Assembly: GCA_963734495.1 (NCBI GenBank)
Contig: CAVTHK010000001.1
Coordinates: forward strand, 256,001-320,000
Source: an uncultured Spirochaetota bacterium
GTDB taxonomy: Bacteria; Spirochaetota; Spirochaetia; SZUA-6; CAVTHK01
Direction: 5' to 3'
DNA: 64,000 nt
Below, one piece after another: positions 21,301 to 31,144 of the stretch (position 1 is the stretch's first letter; every line of letters begins with the position of its first letter). Position numbers and translations under genes: made by a program. The notes beneath the pieces are model-generated. The model had not been told where the DNA came from, ran no database searches, and worked only from the letters and a program-made list of their open reading frames with translations.

Positions 21301-23659
21301 GTGACCGAACGCGTCGAGAGACTGCGCGGGCGAAGCGCCGAGGCCGCGCCTTCGATCAGCGCCGAGCGCGCCGAGCTCATCACCGACTTCTACCGCGAAC
21401 ACCAAGGCAGGCATCCCGTGCCCGTCCTCCGCGCCCTCGCGTTCAAGCACCTCTGCGAGCGCAAGACCGTGTACATCGGCGACGACGAGCTGATCGTCGG
21501 GGAACGCGGGCCGGCGCCCAAGGCGTGCCCGACCTACCCCGAGCTCACCTGCCACAGCGTCGAGGACCTCGAGATCCTGCGCTCGCGCGAGAAGACCCGC
21601 TACGCCGTGAGCGACGAGACGATTGCGGCTTACCGCGACAGGATCATCCCGTACTGGCGGGGCCGCACGATGCGCGATCGCGCCTTCGCGATCCTGCCGC
21701 AGGACTGGCTCGACGCCTACGGCGCGGGGATGTTCACCGAGTTCATGGAGCAGCGAGCGCCCGGCCACACCTCGCTCGACGGCAAGATCTACGAGCGGGG
21801 CCTGCTGGACTTCAAGGAAACGATAGAGAAGAAGGTCGCCGCCCTCGACTATCTCTCGGATCCGGAGGCCCTGCTCAAGCGGGACGAGCTCGAGGCGATG
21901 GCCATCTCCTGCGACGCGGCCATCCGCTACGCCGAGCGCCATGCGGAGCTGGCCGAGCGCATGGCGTCCGCGGAGCGCGACGCGGGCCGGCGCGCGGACC
22001 TCCGCCGCATCGCCGAGGTGTGCCGGCGCGTCCCCGCCCGCGCGCCCCGCGACCTGCACGAGGCGCTGCAGATGTACTGGTTCGTGCACCTCGGCACGAT
22101 CACGGAGCTCAACGGCTGGGACTCGATGAACCCCGGCCGCCTCGACCAGCACCTCGAGCCGTTCTACCGCCGGTTCCTCGAGTCCGGCGGCACGCGCGAG
22201 CAGGCGAAAGAGCTGCTGGAGTGCTTCTGGATCAAGTTCAACAATCACCCCGCGCCGCCCAAGGTCGGGGTGACCGCGGCGGAGAGCGGCACCTACAACG
22301 ACTTCACCAACATCAACATCGGCGGCCTGCGGGCCGACGGCGGCGACGGCGTGAACGAGATGTCGTACCTGCTGCTCGACGTCGTGGGCGAGCTGCCGCT
22401 GCTGCAGCCGCAGAGCAACATCCAGCTCTCGCGCCGCAGCCCGGAGGCCTTCCTCAAGGCGGCCTGCCGCGTCATCCGCAAGGGGTACGGGTACCCGGCC
22501 GTGTTCAACGCGGACGCTGTCGTGGCCGAGCAGGTGCGCACAGGCAAGGCCATCGAGGACGCGCGGCAGGGCGGCACCAGCGGCTGCGTCGAGACCGGCT
22601 GCTTCGGCAGGGAGGCGTACGTCCTCACCGGCTACCTGAATACGCCCAAGATCCTCGAGATCACGCTCAACGACGGGGTCGACCCGCGCACGGGAAAGCG
22701 GATCGGCGCTGCCGACCGGCGACCCGCGCGGCTTCGCGTCCTTCGAGGATCTGTTCGAGGCGTTCCGCCGGCAGCTCCACCACTTCGTCGACATCAAGAT
22801 GCGGGGCAACAACATCATGGAGCGGATGTACGCGCGCTTCGCGCCCGCGCCGTTCCTGTCGGTGTTCATCGACGACTGCATCGAAAAAGGGCGCGACTAC
22901 AACGACGCGGGCCCGCGGTACAACACGACCTACATCCAGTGCGTCGGCATCGGGACGATCACGGACAGCCTCTCGGCGATCAGGACGCACGTCTACGAGA
23001 GGCGCGACCTCGGCATGGACGAGCTGCTCGCCGCGCTCGCCAGGGACTTCGACGGCGGCGAGGCGCTCCGCCTGATGCTCGCGAACAAGACCCCCCGCTA
23101 CGGCAACGACGACGAAGGGGCCGACGGCATCATGCGCCGCGTCTTCGAGGCGCTGTTCCAGGAGATCGACGGGCGTCCCAACACCAAGGGCGGGCGCACC
23201 CACATCGACATGCTGCCGACCACCTGCCACATCTACTTCGGCCAGGTGATGGGGGCGAGCGCCGACGGCCGGCGCGCCGGTCGCCCCGTCTCCGAAGGCA
23301 TCTCCCCCGTCCAGGGCGCGGACCGCAGGGGGCCGACCGCCGTCATGCGTTCGGCGGCCAAGATGGACCACGTGCGGACCGGCGGCACGCTCCTGAACCA
23401 GAAGTTCGTCCCGAGCGTGCTCGCGGGCGACGAAGGCATCGACAACCTCGCGCACCTGATCCGCGGCTACTTCACCCAGGACGCCCACCACGTGCAGTTC
23501 AACGTCATAGACGCGGAGACGCTGCGGCGCGCGCAGGCCGAGCCCGAAGCGTACCGCGGGCTGCTGGTGCGCGTGGCGGGATACAGCGACTACTTCTGCG
23601 ACCTCGGCCGCGAGCTGCAGGAGGAGATCATCACCCGCACGGCGCAGCAAGGCTGGTAG
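21301..23659 (+). CDS. hypD: Glycyl radical enzyme, trans-4-hydroxy-L-proline dehydratase type (frameshift near 22710)
   Basis: FMEQRAPGHT, PPKVGVTAAESGTYNDF, GGTSGCVETG, DMLPTTCHIYFG, RVAGYS; these match the HypD motif set as I recall it. Confidence 0.85.
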
Positions 23660-23737
23660 CCCGCTCCGCGCCTCTTCGCGCGTTCCCCCCTGTCCGCCGG
23701 CCGTCTCCGGCAATATCTTGTGCGCCGGAGGAAGGTG

Positions 23738-24283
23738 ATGCGAAACCTCATCATGTGGAACCTGATGACGCTCGACGGGTTCTTCGAAGGACAGAAGAGC
23801 TGGGAGCTCGACTGGCACGAATACGTCTGGGGCGACGAGCTGGAGCGGTTCTCCATCGAGCAGTCGAAGTCCGTGGGGATGCTGCTGTTCGGGCGGGTGA
23901 CCTATCTGGGGATGGCCGACTACTGGACCAGGGCGCAGGGCGAGATCGCGGACTTCATGAACAGCGTCCCGAAGATCGTCTTTTCGACGACCCTGACCAG
24001 GGCTGAGTGGAACAACACCAGGCTGGTAAAGGCCAACGCCCGCGACGAGGCGGCGGCGCTCAAGCAGCAGCAGGGAAAGGACCTGTACATCTTCGGCAGC
24101 GCGGGCCTCTGCGCGTCGCTCGACGGCCTGATCGACGAGTACCGCATCGCCCTCGCACCTATCGTCCTCGGCGGCGGGAACCCGCTGTTCAAGCCGGGCC
24201 CGCAGAGAAAGAGAATGAAGCTCCTCGAAGCGAGGCCGCTCACGACGGGCTGCGTGATCCTGCGCTACCGGCCGGAGCGATAG
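23738..24283 (+). CDS. Dihydrofolate reductase-like (RibD C-terminal) family protein
   Basis: MTLDGFFEG, LLFGRVTY, IFGSAGL, LIDEY...PIVLGGGNPLF. Confidence 0.88.
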   Translation: MRNLIMWNLMTLDGFFEGQKSWELDWHEYVWGDELERFSIEQSKSVGMLLFGRVTYLGMADYWTRAQGEIADFMNSVPKIVFSTTLTRAEWNNTRLVKANARDEAAALKQQQGKDLYIFGSAGLCASLDGLIDEYRIALAPIVLGGGNPLFKPGPQRKRMKLLEARPLTTGCVILRYRPER

Positions 24284-24590
24284 GAACTGAATCGGAGCTC
24301 CGGGATGTCGTCGATCGGGACGGCCGGCCGACAGGCCGCACGGTGACCCGCGGCTCGCGGATCGCTCGCGGCGACTGCCACGTCGTCGTGCACGTGCGGG
24401 CCCGCCGGCGCGAACGCCCACGCGTGCGGCACCTTCCGCGGCCCGAGCACCGAGTCGCCCCGCACGAGGGAGGCCTTCTTCCGCGAGGTCACGAGAGCCG
24501 ACGCGATGCCGCCGCAGGACCCCGAGCTCTGGCGCGCTCACGGCATGGAGCTGGTGGGTCCCCCGCTGGCGGTGGAGCAGCATCGCCGCC
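24284..24590 (+). pseudogene. Gene remnants: NUDIX N-terminus joined to cupin-like C-terminus
   Basis: ELRDVVDRDGRPTGRTVTRG...CHVVVHV, then FFREVTRADAMPPQDPELWRAHGMELVGPPL; no intact ORF. Confidence 0.5.
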
Positions 24591-24641
24591 GGCCCGGCTG
24601 CTTGCGGCGGCGACGGACGCGAGGCTACACTCGGAGGCGCC

Positions 24642-25328
24642 ATGACCGGCCGCGACCGCGACCAGGTGACCAAGACCTTCCCCTTCTTCTCGACGCTGCC
24701 GTCGACCTCGCTCGACGCGCTGCTCGCCCAGTCGGTGCGCAGGAAGCTGGAGCACAAGGATGTGCTCGCGCGCGACGGCGGCGAGTGCGCGTACCTCCCG
24801 TTCGTGCTGGAGGGGACGCTGCGCATCTACAAGGCGAGCGAAGGCGGAAAGGAGCTCACGCTCTACCGCATCGAGCGCGGGGAGAGCTGCATCCTCTCGG
24901 CCACCTGCATCCTGAACGGAGGCAGCTTCCCGGCGATCGCCGAGGCCGAGGGCGCCACCGAGGTCCTGCTCGCGCCCGCGAAGCTGCTGCTGCGCCTCGT
25001 CGAAGACAATGCCGAGTGGCGCCGCTACGTGTTCGGCCTGTACTCCAGGAGGCTGGAGGACGTGCTCTCTCTCGTGGAAGAGGTCGCCTTCCATCACGTC
25101 GACGCGCGCATCGCGGCCTACCTGCTCAGGCACTCCGCGGCTCACAAGGGCGTGGTGACCCGCACGCACGGGCAGATCGCGGACGAGCTCGGCACGTCGC
25201 GCGAAGTGGTGACGCGCATCCTCAAGGACTTCGAAGCCGACGGCCTGATAGCCACGGCGAGGGGCAGGGTCAGGGTCCTCCGCCCCGACTCGCTGGGGCA
25301 GAAGGCGGCAGCCGCGCCGGATGTGTGA
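24642..25328 (+). CDS. Crp/Fnr family transcriptional regulator
   Basis: GKELTLYRIERGESC; HTH THGQIADELGTSREVVTRILK. Confidence 0.92.
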   Translation: MTGRDRDQVTKTFPFFSTLPSTSLDALLAQSVRRKLEHKDVLARDGGECAYLPFVLEGTLRIYKASEGGKELTLYRIERGESCILSATCILNGGSFPAIAEAEGATEVLLAPAKLLLRLVEDNAEWRRYVFGLYSRRLEDVLSLVEEVAFHHVDARIAAYLLRHSAAHKGVVTRTHGQIADELGTSREVVTRILKDFEADGLIATARGRVRVLRPDSLGQKAAAAPDV

Positions 25329-25367
25329 CCAAAGTCACCGACACACCCCGCCGAATTCGTGTAAACT
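25324..25367 (+). promoter_or_regulatory. CRP-type box plus -10 element (class II geometry)
   Basis: TGTGA-CCAAAG-TCACC at 25324-25339; TAAACT at 25362-25367; ATG at 25374. Confidence 0.7.
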
Positions 25368-25373
25368 GAAGCC

Positions 25374-25583
25374 ATGAAAAAGAACCTGAGTAATGCGGAT
25401 CGGATCATCCGCGTCGCGCTCGCGGTGGTGGTGGCGGTGCTCTATTTCGCCGGCGTGCTTTCTCCGACCGCGGCCGTGATCCTGGGAATCGTCGCCGTGG
25501 TCCTTGTGGCCACGTCGCTTGTCAGCTTCTGCCCTCTGTACCGCCTGCTGGGGATCTCGACAAGCAAGAACCGCGCGGCGTAG
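25374..25583 (+). CDS. DUF2892 (YgaP-like) membrane protein
   Basis: MKKNLSNADRIIR...FCPLYRLLGIST. Confidence 0.9.
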   Translation: MKKNLSNADRIIRVALAVVVAVLYFAGVLSPTAAVILGIVAVVLVATSLVSFCPLYRLLGISTSKNRAA

Positions 25584-25602
25584 AGTAGCTCCGACGCCAG
25601 GA

Positions 25603-27271
25603 ATGAAGCTGCTCATCATCGGCGGCGTGGCCGGCGGCGCGACCGCGGCCGCGCGCGCCCGCCGGATCAGCGAGACCGCGGAGATCACCGTGGTCGAGCG
25701 CGGCCCCTACGTCTCGTACGCCAACTGCGGCCTGCCCTACTTCATCTCGAGGGACATCCAGAAGCGCTCGAAGCTTCTCCTGCAGACGCCCGAAGGGTTC
25801 GACAGCCGCTACGGCGTCAAGGTGCTCGTGGAGACCGAAGCGCTCGAGATCGACCGGGCGCGCAAGCGCGTGAGGGTCAAGGCGCCCGAGGGCGAGTCCT
25901 GGATCGGCTATGACGCCCTGATCCTCGCTCAGGGCGGGAACCCGGTGATGCCCGCGATCGCGGGCATCGATGCGCCCAACGTGCTGCGCCTGTGGACCGT
26001 CCCCGACATGGACCGCATCCACGAGCTCATCGAAAGGGACAAGCCTTCGTCGGCCGTGATCGCGGGAGGCGGCTTTATCGGGCTGGAGATGGCTGAGGCG
26101 CTGGTCAAGCGCGGCGTCGCCACCACGATCGTCGAGCTGCTGCCCCGGGTCATGTCGGTCATGGACCCTGAGTTCGGCGGCCTCATCGCCAGGCGGCTGG
26201 AATCCCACGGCGTGCGCGTGCTGACCGGCGTCGGGCTCAAGGCCGTTCTCCCCGAAACACGGGAGGCGCGGCTTTCCGACGACAAGCTCGTCCCCGCGGA
26301 CCTGGTCCTGGTGTCCGTCGGCGTGCGGCCCGAGCTCGGGCTCGCGAGAAAGGCCGGCCTCGCGATCGGCGACACCGGCGGGCTCCTGGTGGACGAGCAC
26401 TTGCGCACGTCGGACCCGAGCATCTGGGCGGCCGGCGACATGAACGAGATCGTGCACAAGGTGTCCGGCCGCAAGGTCCGGGTGCCGCTCGCCGGCCCCG
26501 CCAACAGGCAGGGCAGGATCGCCGCTTCCAACGCGCTCGGGATGTCCCTGACGTACGCCGGAGCGCTCGGCTCGAGCGTCGTCAAGATCTTCGACGCCAC
26601 CGCAGCCTCGACCGGGCTCACGGAGACCGCAGCCCGCGACGCGGGCTTCGACGCCGGGGTTGCCATCGTCGTCAAGGACCACCATGCCGCCTACTATCCG
26701 GGCGCCAGGGAGATGGTGCTCAAGGTGGTTTACGACCGGAAATCGGCCAGGGTCCTCGGCGGCCAGGCGTTCGGCGAGGAAGGCGTGGAAAAGCGCATCG
26801 ACGCGATCGCGGTGGCGCTGCAGGGCAAGCTCACTCTTCACGACCTCGAAGAGGTCGACCTGGCCTATGCCCCGCCGTACTCCTCGGCGAACGACCCGAT
26901 CAACCTGGCCGCGTTCGTCGGGCTGAACGACATTTCCGGCTTCAGCCCGCTGGTGACCGCGCCGGAGCTGCGGCGCCTCATGGCGGCTGACAAGGGCTCC
27001 GGGCAGCCGCTGGTGCTGGACGTGCGCAACCTCAACGAGTACGAGCTCTCTCACATCAGAGGGCTCCGTCAACATTCCCGTGGACGAGCTGCGATACAGG
27101 CTGGACGAGGTCCCGAGGGACAGGTCGATCGTCGTGCACTGCCGCTCGGGGTTCCGCTCGCACCTGGCGCTGCGGATCCTCAAGGAAAACGGCTGGACCG
27201 ACGTGAAGAACCTGACCGGCGGATACGTGAGCGTCCTGGCGCACGGCGGCTTCGAGACCGAGGAATCGTAG
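25603..27271 (+). CDS. CoA-disulfide/persulfide reductase with C-terminal rhodanese domain (frameshift near 27062)
   Basis: GGVAGG, SYANCGLPY, GGGFIGLE, LAYAPPYS, then LDVR...VHCRSGFRS in the shifted frame. Confidence 0.88.
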
Positions 27272-27324
27272 GCGCGGCCCGCTGCGCTCTTGTCGGCCGC
27301 GAGACCGGAAAACAGAGGAAGGAC

Positions 27325-27600
27325 ATGGCAGGCAACATCGTCAAGGAGAAGATCGCCGCGGGCGCGCGCATCGTGGACGTGCGGACCACCGCGGAGTTTC
27401 AGGACGGCGCGTACAAGGGTGCGATCAACATCCCGCTGTCCATTCTGCCGGTGCGCATGAACGAGCTCGAGCCCAAGGACAAGCCGATCGTGCTGTACTG
27501 CGCCTCCGGGGCGCGCAGCGGCCAGGCGGCGAGATTCCTGAAGAAGGCCGGCTTCGCCGACGTGATCAACGCGGGCGGCCTGGACGACATGCCGGAATAG
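27325..27600 (+). CDS. Single-domain rhodanese
   Basis: IVDVRT, GAINIP, LYCASGARS. Confidence 0.9.
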   Translation: MAGNIVKEKIAAGARIVDVRTTAEFQDGAYKGAINIPLSILPVRMNELEPKDKPIVLYCASGARSGQAARFLKKAGFADVINAGGLDDMPE

Positions 27601-27689
27601 GAGCGATCGGGCTCACGCGCGCCGTCTCACGGCCGGCCGGCATCCGAGCGCGTTCCCGGGCTCGCAGGCCTTCAATCCTTACGTCTTTC

Positions 27690-27718
27690 TTGACCTTCCA
27701 ACGGCGGGGGCCTAACCT
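27690..27718 (+). promoter_or_regulatory. sigma70-type promoter of hybrid kinase
   Basis: TTGACC-17-TAACCT. Confidence 0.55.
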
Positions 27719-27834
27719 GAGCGCGTGAGCGGATCCGCGGCGCGGGGAATCGCGTGTCCAGCGGGCGCGACAGGGGGCGCCGCGCCGGCGCGGACGTCAT
27801 TCGCGGCTGCCGCTCGCGGAAAGGGGGCGCGACC

Positions 27835-30129
27835 GTGAGCGACAGTCTGCGCAAGACCGGCATCGCCGCGATCGGCGACGTGCCGTGGGGCACGCACTTC
27901 TGCCAGTTCTACAAGGCGAAACAGGACCTGCTCGACGTCCTGGTCCCCTACTTTACGGCCGGCCTCGAAAACGGCGAGTACTGCATGTGGGTGACGGCGG
28001 AGCCTCTCGAGCGCGACGAAGCCCGCGCCGCGATGAGCCGGGCGCTGCCGGATCTCGATCGCTACCTGCAGCGCGGCCAGCTCGAGATCCTTCCTTATGG
28101 CGAATGGTACCTCAGGGCGGGAGCCTTCGATTCCAAAGAGGTCCTGAGCGCGTGGGCCGCGAGACTCGAGCGCGCCCTCTCCACCGGGTACGAGGGGCTG
28201 CGCCTTACAGGCAACACCTTCTGGCTGGAGAAGAAGGACTGGAAGGCGTTCACCGACTACGAGGAGGAGATCAACCGGGTCATCGGCTCCACCCGGATGA
28301 TCGCCCTCTGCACCTACTCGCTCGAGAGGTGCGGAATCGACGAAGTCCTCGACGTGGTCAAGAATCACCAGTTCGCTCTCATCGAGCGGCAGGGACGGTG
28401 GGAGCTGATCGAAAGCTCGGATCGCAAGCGCGTCGCGGAGAGCCTGGACCGGCAGAACGCGATCCTGCAGGGGATCAACCGGCTCTTCCGCGAGACGCTG
28501 AGCTCGGAATCCGAGGAGGAGCTCGGACGCGTCTGCCTGGCCGTGGCGGAGGAGCTGACCTCGAGCACGTTCGGCTTTATCGGCGAGCTCCATCCGGAGG
28601 GCCGGCTCGTCGATCTCGCGATCAGCGATCCCGGCTGGGAGGCCTGCCGGATCGAGAGTCGGTGCGGTCACGAGAGGGTCCTCCCCGCCGTGCCTGTGAA
28701 CGGCCTCTACGGTCGGGTGATCCGCGAGCGCAGGGGCTTCTTCACCAACGCCCCGGCCTCGGAGCCGGACAGCGCCGGGCTGCCCGAAGGCCATCCGTCG
28801 TTCAGCGCGTTCCTCGGGGCGCCGCTCGTTCACGGCGGAAAGCTCTTCGGCATGGCGGGCCTCGGCAGGCGCGAGGGCGGCTACCGCCCCGAGGACCTGC
28901 AGACCCTCGAAGCCCTCGCGCCGGCGATCGTGCAGGTCTTCATGCGCAAGCGGGGCGAGCAGGCCCTGCATCAGGCCAAGCAGCTCGCCGAGGCGGGCAG
29001 CCGCGCGAAGACCGAGTTCCTCGCGCACATGAGCCACGAGATCAGGACGCCGATCAGCGCGGTCATCGGCCTGGCGGAGGTTCTGCTCACCCGCATCGCC
29101 GACGCGGAGAACCATCAGTTCGTCTCGATGATCCGTGACTCGGCTCGCTCGCTGCTGTCGATCATCGGGAACATCCTCGATCTCTCGCGCATCGAGAGCG
29201 GCAAGGTGGAGCTGCACATCGAGGACTTCGATCTGCACCGCATGCTGGAGAGCCTGGTCAGCACCTATGGAGTGATGGCGAAAGAGAAGAACCTCAACCT
29301 CGACCTCCATATCGAAGGCGTCCCGCCGTTGATGCGGGGCGACGCGGAGATGCTGAGCCAGGTGCTGCGCAACCTTCTGTCGAACGCGATCAAGTACACC
29401 GAGCACGGAAGCGTGGGGATCGACGTCCGCGTGCCGCAGGGCGGACGGCTGGACGACGGATTGCGCGTGAGGTTCGCCGTCGAGGACACCGGCATCGGCA
29501 TCCCCGCCGGCAAGAGGAACCGGCTCTTCGAGAGCTTCTCCCGCGTGCACGACAGCTCGGTGCGCATCACGCACGAGGGCGCCGGCCTGGGTCTCGCCAT
29601 CGCCAGGCGCCTGGTGGCCCTGATGGGCGGCGAGATCGGCGTGGAAAGTGACGAAGGCCGAGGCAGCACGTTCTGGTTCGAAGTCGATCTGGGGCAGGCG
29701 CAGCAGCGGGAAGCCCCCGACGCCGCGGCGAAGAACGGGGCGACCGCGCTCTGCGGTCTTCCGCGCCTCAAGGTGCTTCTGGCCGAGGACAACCGGACGA
29801 ACCGCAGGTTCCTGCAGATCGTGTTCGAGGATTGCGGGCACTCCGTGGTCGCGGTCGCGGACGGCAGCCAGGCGGTGGAGGCGGTTCAGAAGGAAGAGTT
29901 CGACGTCGTGTTGATGGACGTGCAGATGCCGGTGCTCGACGGCCTGGCCGCTGCCAGGCAGATCCGCGCGCTCGAGGGGGAGGCGGCGAGGATCCCGATC
30001 ATCGCGCTCACCGCCTTCGCGATGCGGCGCGACGAGGAGCGCTGCCTCAAGGCAGGGATGAACGGCTACGTGACCAAACCCGTGAACCTGGACCAGCTCG
30101 CCGAGGAGATCCGCCGGTTCTGCCTGTAG
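27835..30129 (+). CDS. Hybrid sensor histidine kinase MEDS-GAF-HisKA-HATPase-REC
   Basis: PWGTHFCQFY (MEDS); FLAHMSHEIRTP; NLLSNAIKYT; DTGIGI; GAGLGL; LMDVQMP; KP. Confidence 0.92.
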   Translation: MSDSLRKTGIAAIGDVPWGTHFCQFYKAKQDLLDVLVPYFTAGLENGEYCMWVTAEPLERDEARAAMSRALPDLDRYLQRGQLEILPYGEWYLRAGAFDSKEVLSAWAARLERALSTGYEGLRLTGNTFWLEKKDWKAFTDYEEEINRVIGSTRMIALCTYSLERCGIDEVLDVVKNHQFALIERQGRWELIESSDRKRVAESLDRQNAILQGINRLFRETLSSESEEELGRVCLAVAEELTSSTFGFIGELHPEGRLVDLAISDPGWEACRIESRCGHERVLPAVPVNGLYGRVIRERRGFFTNAPASEPDSAGLPEGHPSFSAFLGAPLVHGGKLFGMAGLGRREGGYRPEDLQTLEALAPAIVQVFMRKRGEQALHQAKQLAEAGSRAKTEFLAHMSHEIRTPISAVIGLAEVLLTRIADAENHQFVSMIRDSARSLLSIIGNILDLSRIESGKVELHIEDFDLHRMLESLVSTYGVMAKEKNLNLDLHIEGVPPLMRGDAEMLSQVLRNLLSNAIKYTEHGSVGIDVRVPQGGRLDDGLRVRFAVEDTGIGIPAGKRNRLFESFSRVHDSSVRITHEGAGLGLAIARRLVALMGGEIGVESDEGRGSTFWFEVDLGQAQQREAPDAAAKNGATALCGLPRLKVLLAEDNRTNRRFLQIVFEDCGHSVVAVADGSQAVEAVQKEEFDVVLMDVQMPVLDGLAAARQIRALEGEAARIPIIALTAFAMRRDEERCLKAGMNGYVTKPVNLDQLAEEIRRFCL

Positions 30130-30157
30130 GAGTCAGCCCCTGCCGCTCTGCTGCCCG

Positions 30158-31042
30158 CTACTCTGCGGGCTGCTGCTCCGGCGGCACGGTCTCTTGGGCC
30201 GCCGAGACCGGGGCGACCCCGACCGGCGGGCGGAAGGCCTCGCGCCATCGCCGCCACAGCACGTAGAGCCCGGCCGCGCCGATGGCGAGCTGCGCCAGCA
30301 GGATGTCGATGCCGGACGACACGATCATGGCGAGAAAGCCGGGCAAGCCGTCCCAGAGCCCGTGAAGCAGGACCACCAGCAGGTACGCGCCGATCACGGC
30401 CAGGTTGATGCGGAAACGCCGGGGCTCGCTCTCCCGGAACAGGACGCTGGCGAAGATGGCGGTCCAGGTGCCGTGGCCGAGCGGCGAGAAGATGCCCCGG
30501 AGCATCGTCACGCCTACGGCCGCGCTCGCGCTCCCGCCGCTGCGAAGGAAGGCCGTGAAAGCGTATCCCGCGCTCTCGAATGCGGCGAACCCCATGCCCG
30601 CGGCCGCGCCCAGCAGGATGCCGGCCGCCTCCGAATCGTGGCGCATGCGGCGGGCGATGACCAGGACGCCGAGGATCTTGGCGAACTCTTCGATGATGCC
30701 GACGATCATGGCGGTCGCGAGGTCGAGCTGCGAGACGAACAGCGGCTCGAGCAACGACGCCGCAAAGGTGCCGAGGACGCCGCCGTAGACAAAGGTGAGC
30801 GCGATCGAGCCGAGCCTGGCGGCAGCCAGGTGACCGTGATCGTAGAGGAAGATCACGTAGGTGATCGGCACCATGAAGCTGCCCAGCATGATCACGGTCG
30901 GGAATATGTTGGGGTTTCCCGTGACGACCAGCACGACGATTCCGGTAAAGTACGCGGCGAGGATGGAGAGGAGCACCCGCCACCAGTAAGAGCGCCGCCT
31001 GGCTGCGCGGCCCGCCAGAAGCGGGAGAGCCTGTTCGGACAT
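30158..31042 (-). CDS. PrsW-family intramembrane glutamic protease
   Basis: IEEFAK (EExxK), FAAFE, GHGTW, LHGLWD. Confidence 0.85.
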   Translation of the reverse strand: MSEQALPLLAGRAARRRSYWWRVLLSILAAYFTGIVVLVVTGNPNIFPTVIMLGSFMVPITYVIFLYDHGHLAAARLGSIALTFVYGGVLGTFAASLLEPLFVSQLDLATAMIVGIIEEFAKILGVLVIARRMRHDSEAAGILLGAAAGMGFAAFESAGYAFTAFLRSGGSASAAVGVTMLRGIFSPLGHGTWTAIFASVLFRESEPRRFRINLAVIGAYLLVVLLHGLWDGLPGFLAMIVSSGIDILLAQLAIGAAGLYVLWRRWREAFRPPVGVAPVSAAQETVPPEQQPAE

Positions 31043-31144
31043 CCTTACTTACCTCCTGCCTCCAATTCTGCGCAAGAGACCGCGGCGAATCAAGAGAAAT
31101 TGATGCGTTCGCCGTACGCGATGCGGAGGCGCCGATGGCGCGCG

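Noticed and set aside
21247..24006. 919-aa extended glycyl radical enzyme
   Set aside because: After about 22710 the ORF is off-frame Arg-rich sequence. The real C-terminal half is ORF 22799-23659.
25504..27600. 698-aa CoADR fused to the downstream rhodanese
   Set aside because: Artefact of an extra base near 27062. The true C-terminus ends at 27271 and the rhodanese has its own RBS and ATG.
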